The position numbers were made by a program, and so were the translations under genes. Of a stretch of 64,000 nt of DNA, positions 60,058 to 64,000 are shown piece after piece. Numbering within the stretch: position 1 is the first letter of the stretch; each line of letters opens with the position of its first letter. The DNA is from Octopus vulgaris (Eukaryota). Under the pieces are notes generated by a model. The model did no database searches, was not told where the DNA came from, and was given only the letters and a program-made list of their open reading frames with translations. The DNA lies in contig OX597838.1 in NCBI GenBank assembly GCA_951406725.2, forward strand, positions 29,202,001-29,266,000. Reading direction: 5' to 3'.

Positions 60058-60090
<33 letters not shown>

Positions 60091-60100
60091 AATATATATG

Positions 60101-60137
<37 letters not shown>

Positions 60138-60171
60138 GTTTGTGTGGGTGTGTGTATGTATGTATGTAATA

Positions 60172-60220
<49 letters not shown>

Positions 60221-60321
60221 AACCCCCACAACACGAAGAACAAACACAAGAAAAAACAACAACGCGTGGACGTGGTACGTGCAAAGTATTAGCAGACGCT
60301 CAGGGAAGGAAAGAAAGGTGG

Positions 60322-60354
60322 TTTTAGGCTTCGAGCGAAGCTCTTCGTCAGAAA
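60322..60354 (-). ncRNA. hammerhead-like motif, decayed 3' half
   Basis: Minus: TTT CTGACGA A GAGC-TTC-GCTC GAA GCC TA AAA. Confidence 0.55.
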
Positions 60355-60501
60355 TAGGAGACAGAAGAAAGTCTAAGAGAATAGGAAGACGGAGGAAAAA
60401 ACCCACCAACGATTCACATGTGGTTATATTATATATACATACATACTTACATTTGTAAGTATTGGCTTGTATCAATGACGTATGCAAAGAATCAGAGAGA
60501 C

Positions 60502-60547
<46 letters not shown>

Positions 60548-60555
<8 letters not shown>

Positions 60556-60932
60556 CTGAAGTTGTTTGTGTATGGCAGGTTTGGTAGCCTTCAACTAACA
60601 CTATCACCTCCTAGACCCTGAGGCGCAAGTTGACCAAAATTGAGAGTATGATAGAAGAAGACTTGCTCTTCCTTCCGTAGAAGAAAAAAAAATTCAAATC
60701 GGACCATGTTAACACCAAAAAGTATTTACATCAAAAAGGTGCTTTTTTTTCTATGAAAATCCCCATTTTTTACGATTTTTTTACTGCTGTGTCGCCATTT
60801 TTCGGTGTATTTCAACCAGAAAGATGTTTACTTAAAGAGAATAACAAGCTACATAATGCAAAATTTTTACTTTTCAAAAATTTCAATTCTAAAGGGTTGA
60901 AACAAACCCGAGCAACGCCTCGGGCGATAAGT
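60548..60932 (+). mobile_element. possible non-autonomous Helitron-like element
   Basis: Starts TATATAAAGCTGAAG; subterminal hairpin CCCGAG-CAACGC-CTCGGG; terminal CTRR not clear. Confidence 0.4.
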
Positions 60933-60991
60933 CGTTGTTCTAAAGAACGCTTTTCTACGCGTATTTCCCCCTTCCACAGTATATATATATA

Positions 60992-61035
<44 letters not shown>

Positions 61036-61041
61036 TATAGA

Positions 61042-61097
<56 letters not shown>

Positions 61098-61614
61098 TTA
61101 GAGAGAGAGAGAGAGACTGACTGACAGACTGGCGGACAGACAGACAGGCAGACAAACAGAGAAAGACTGTAATACAGCGACACAAGCGAGCGAGAAAGAC
61201 AGAAGAGCTGTCGCTGGAATTTACATGTAAAGCGAAAGCGAGTCTTTAATCAGATCTGTCTACCCATAATTCACTCGCGTTTGTTGTTAGTGTTGCCTAA
61301 TCTGATTCCATCTAGTCACGAGAAAATCTTGTGTAATGTATCTACTACAAGAACCAAGGACTGTCAAAGAATCCCGGCTTAGTTTTGATTTTTCAAATGT
61401 ACTTCTGTAATCGCCGACCGACACAATCGTAAAACGAAACATTTTCCAATGCACGTAATCGTATCAGTTGATTGATGTTCCAAGATACATATATGCACAC
61501 GCACGCACACGCACAGACACATACACAACACACGCAAACATGCTCGTGTATATGTACAAATGTATGTATGAATGTATGTGTGACTGTATTTATATATGTA
61601 CGTATGCATGTGTT

Positions 61615-61657
<43 letters not shown>

Positions 61658-63137
61658 ATGTATGTATGTATGTATTTATATATTTACGTATGTATGTGTA
61701 TATGTGTGTGTATATATATTTATGTGTGTGTATGTATGTATTTATATATTTACGTATGTATGTGTATATATGTGTGTATATATATATATATGTGTGTGTG
61801 TGTATGTATGTATTTATATATTTACGTATGTATGTGTATATATGTGTGTATATATATATATGTGTGTGTGTATGTATGTATGTATTTATATATTTACGTA
61901 TGTATGTGTATATATGTGTGTGTATATATATATATATATATGTGTGTGTGTATGCATGCATGTATGTATGTATGTTGATTTCCCCATACAAGTTCCAAGA
62001 AATGGTATCAGGTTTTATCCCGTTCCGTATTTCTTTCTTCCATTTGGAATTTAACCATACACAAAGCCCCACACGCAAACACACACATCCTTTCTCACTT
62101 CTTTCCTCCTTTCCTTCTTTCTTTCCTGTATTTATTTATTTATTGTATTTATTCCCAATAAAGCTATCAAAATGCTATCGATGAAACAAGAAACTGATCG
62201 ATTTCGATAAATCAATGGAATAAACCTCAGTCAAAAACAAACAAACAAAAAAACATTTCCGAAGTATATTATTTCCCTCACGTTTCTGTTGCCTTCGTTG
62301 AGTTTCCAATCCAGCCAATGCTGTCAGAGCTTTTAATCCATCCGGGGGTCGATAAAATAGAGAACCAGTCAAACACTGAGGTCGATGGTTTCGTCTTAGG
62401 ACCACCCTGCCCTAAGTTTTAATATATGCGCCTAAGAAGGCGGCGAGCTGGCAGAAAGGTTAGCACGCCGGGCGAAGTGCTGAGTGGTATTTCGTCTGCC
62501 GTTACGTTCTGAGTTCAAATTCCGCCGAGGTCGACTTTGCTTTCATCCTTTCGGGGTCGATAAATTAAGTACCAGTTACGCACTGGGGTCGATGTAATCG
62601 ACTTAATCCGTTTGTCTGTCCTTGTTTGTCCTCTCTATGTTTAGCCCTTTGTGGGTAGTAAAGAAATAGGTATTTCGTCAGCCGCTACGTTCTGAGTTCA
62701 AATTCCACCGAGGTCGACTTTGCCTTTCATCCTTTCGGGGTTGCTTAATTAAGTACCAGTTGCGTACTGGGGTGGATCTAATCGACTGTCCCCCTCCCCC
62801 CAAAATTTCGGGCTTTGTGCCTAGAGTAGAAAAGTATATTTGCGCTTAAGGAACCATCTTTGTCGTCATCACCACCGTCATCATCATCTTCACCCTTATC
62901 ATCACAATCACCATCACCATTATCATCATCATCATCGTCGTCGTCGTCATCATCATCATCATTACCATCATGATCATCATCGTCATCATCATCATCATCA
63001 TCACCATCGTCATCATCATCATCATCATTATCATCCTCATCGTCGTCGTCATCATGATCATGATCATCCTCCTCATCGTCAACACGCTCATCATCGTCGT
63101 CATCATCATCCTCGTCATTATCATCATCACCACCACC

Positions 63138-63170
<33 letters not shown>

Positions 63171-63289
63171 GTCGTCAAAGCCATCATCATTATCATCATC
63201 ATCGTCGTTGTCGCTGTCGTCGTCGTCATCGTCGCCCACGTCGTCATCATCTTGATCATCACCATTATCATCATTGCAGTGTGTTGCTG

Positions 63290-63880
63290 ATTCCCGGGTA
63301 CTTACTTGTACTTGCGACGGCATCCAGCCGGGGAAAGCATGTTGAGTCGGCTCCGACCGACATGTTCGCCACCTCACCTCACATATACCGACCACATTCG
63401 ACGGACGAATGTCCTCACCAGGAGAGCAAACGCGTCAGATAGCTCGGACGCCGTCGCCATCGCCATAGTCGTCATTCGCTGTTGAGGTGTGGAGGTCATG
63501 TTCTGAACGTGAACTATATTCCCGTGTCCTCCAGGGCAGCCCGTCAAGTAGACTCCTGGTCAGTTCTCATCTTCACTAGATACTTCCTTATTCACCAGGG
63601 ACATGTGTCATGTGCTCGACCAGTACAAGTCGTCAACCCAGCCAGAGCCTCAAGGATGAGAACACATTATGTAGGATCTAACTCGGAAAATCGATCAACA
63701 CGGCCACCATGTCCGAGATGGCACTCTCGAATCATGCAATTATCACCATTTAAAACTCTAACTGCCATGTCTAGGAATTCCAATGAGTTTAGCTGCGTCA
63801 GAGAAGTCTATCAGGGCTGCATTATCTCAGCCTTGCTTTTCTAACTTGCGGTTGACTTTGTAACGAAGATTAACTTTAAC
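63290..63880. mobile_element. RTE-like LINE fragments in opposite orientations
   Basis: Minus VGICEVRW (APE endonuclease motif) near 63370-63395; plus VYQGCIISALLF*LAVD (RT motif) near 63805-63856. Confidence 0.45.
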
Positions 63881-64000
63881 TGGCTCTCCGTCGGTTACGA
63901 CGACGAAGGTTCCAGTTGATCCGATTAACGGAACAGCCTGCTCGTAAAATTAACGTGCAAGTGGCTGAGTACTCCACAGACACGTGTACTACTACCGTAG

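Noticed and set aside
62778-63395. Acidic poly-Asp protein
   Set aside because: (GAT/GAC)n array flanked by SINE and LINE fragments

Overview
This is AT-rich, microsatellite-saturated animal genomic DNA with no recognisable host protein-coding gene. Almost all listed ORFs are translations of (TA)n, (CA)n, (TACA)n, (GATA)n or trinucleotide arrays. The tRNA-derived SINE families resemble octopus (coleoid cephalopod) SINEs; this is from recall, not a database search. The window also holds decayed RTE LINEs, R4/Dong-type LINEs, three Penelope-like (PLE) GIY-YIG fragments, two Tc1/mariner relics and several MITEs. The main hidden signal is about 20 minimal type-I hammerhead ribozyme (HHR) motifs, intact to decayed, with the layout stemI-CUGANGA-stemII-GAAA-stemIII-UH-stemI'. 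They fall into roughly 10 families with otherwise dissimilar sequence. Stem III is almost always a palindrome, but a different one per family (CAATTG, CTGCAG, CGATCG, CGGCCG, CACGTG, CGTACG, CTCGAG, CAGCTG). The motifs sit in short fragments beside (TA)n tracts, often as fold-back inverted repeats and once as a 488-bp tandem repeat. This fits PLE pseudo-LTRs or retrozyme-like elements that need dimerisation to cleave. All coordinates were read by eye and may be off by a few bases.
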